NCBI GenBank assembly: GCA_964035545.1
Contig: OZ037767.1
Location: 19,050,628 to 19,114,627 of the forward strand
Reading direction: 5' to 3'
Source of the DNA: Bugula neritina
Lineage: Eukaryota > Animalia > Bryozoa
DNA: 64,000 nucleotides
The position numbers and the translations under genes were made by a program. The notes under the pieces were generated by a model. That model saw nothing but the letters and a program-made list of their open reading frames with translations. It was not told the origin of the DNA and searched no databases. Positions within the stretch are counted from its first letter, which is position 1. Each line of letters opens with the position of its first letter. Shown here piece by piece: positions 63,244 to 64,000 of this stretch.

Positions 63244-64000
63244 GTATCAGTTTAATCATACCAAATAATATTTAGATTATATCTTGTTTTATTTATAATA
63301 TATTTTGTGCACTTTCACAGTTAGTAGTTTAAAAAAACTATTCACAAAAGTGAAAAGTTATAGAAAATAAGAATTAGCCTCTGATTTTATGTATATATAA
63401 TTACCTTTGACAAAATCAGGGTTAGTTAATGAAATTAAAGTATACTAATTACTTTCTCAGTTGATATATTTTAATTTTTATTTTTGAAGGAAACTTGTCA
63501 TTTATTGAATTTAGTCAACATACTGTTATAATTTTCAGATTTAGGGTCGATGTGCCACCAAGAGAGTCTATTTATCACTAGAGAAACTTCACCAGTTAAG
63601 TCGAGTAGATATCGTTATATTTAATACAAGAATACATAATAAAAGTCCAATGTACAACAGTAATGATACGCACGTCTATTTAGTTTTACAGCACTATCCT
63701 CAACTGAGCTAGTAGCGCGAAGCGGCTACTATTACTTATAAACAGCTTAGCTAATTGGCTAATACATTGTTCCGGGTCAATACGCAACCTTGCGTATTGT
63801 GTTGCTGGTAGCTCCACGAGCCACCACACTGCCCCCTCCAGCAGAAAGCCCACTTTCTGATAAAATAAGATTCACATAAAAAACGTATACTTCGTTGGGG
63901 GATAAGAGAACAGCATAAAAGTATATATAAAAAAAAACAACAACTGGTAAAAAATATACAGGTATATATATCGTGCACTAAGTATAAGCAAGAGAAGGTC

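Overview
AT-rich, intron-rich animal (invertebrate-type) genomic DNA; no prokaryotic features. Manual exon assembly gives this order: ZNFX1-like helicase A (minus, runs off the left edge) <- divergent Bcl-2-family gene A (minus, 209 aa) | endophilin-B-like gene 1 (plus, BAR-only) -> <- truncated Bcl-2 pseudogene | endophilin-B-like gene 2 -> <- divergent Bcl-2-family gene B ... young gag-protease-only LTR element ... ZNFX1-like helicase B (plus, runs off the right edge). An ~11 kb tandem duplication (21480-32537 / 32538-43967) produced the two endophilin copies. The ORF track shows only fragments of the Bcl-2-like genes because their exons are short. They were recognised from BH4/BH3/BH1/BH2-like register and a phase-0 intron directly after the BH2 Trp. 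The main hypothesis is a clustered innate-immune/cell-death module (two ZNFX1 genes flanking atypical Bcl-2-fold genes and SH3-less endophilin B/Bif-1), with kappaB-like sites near both ZNFX1 5' regions. Co-function is inference only. All models were built by eye, without database searches.
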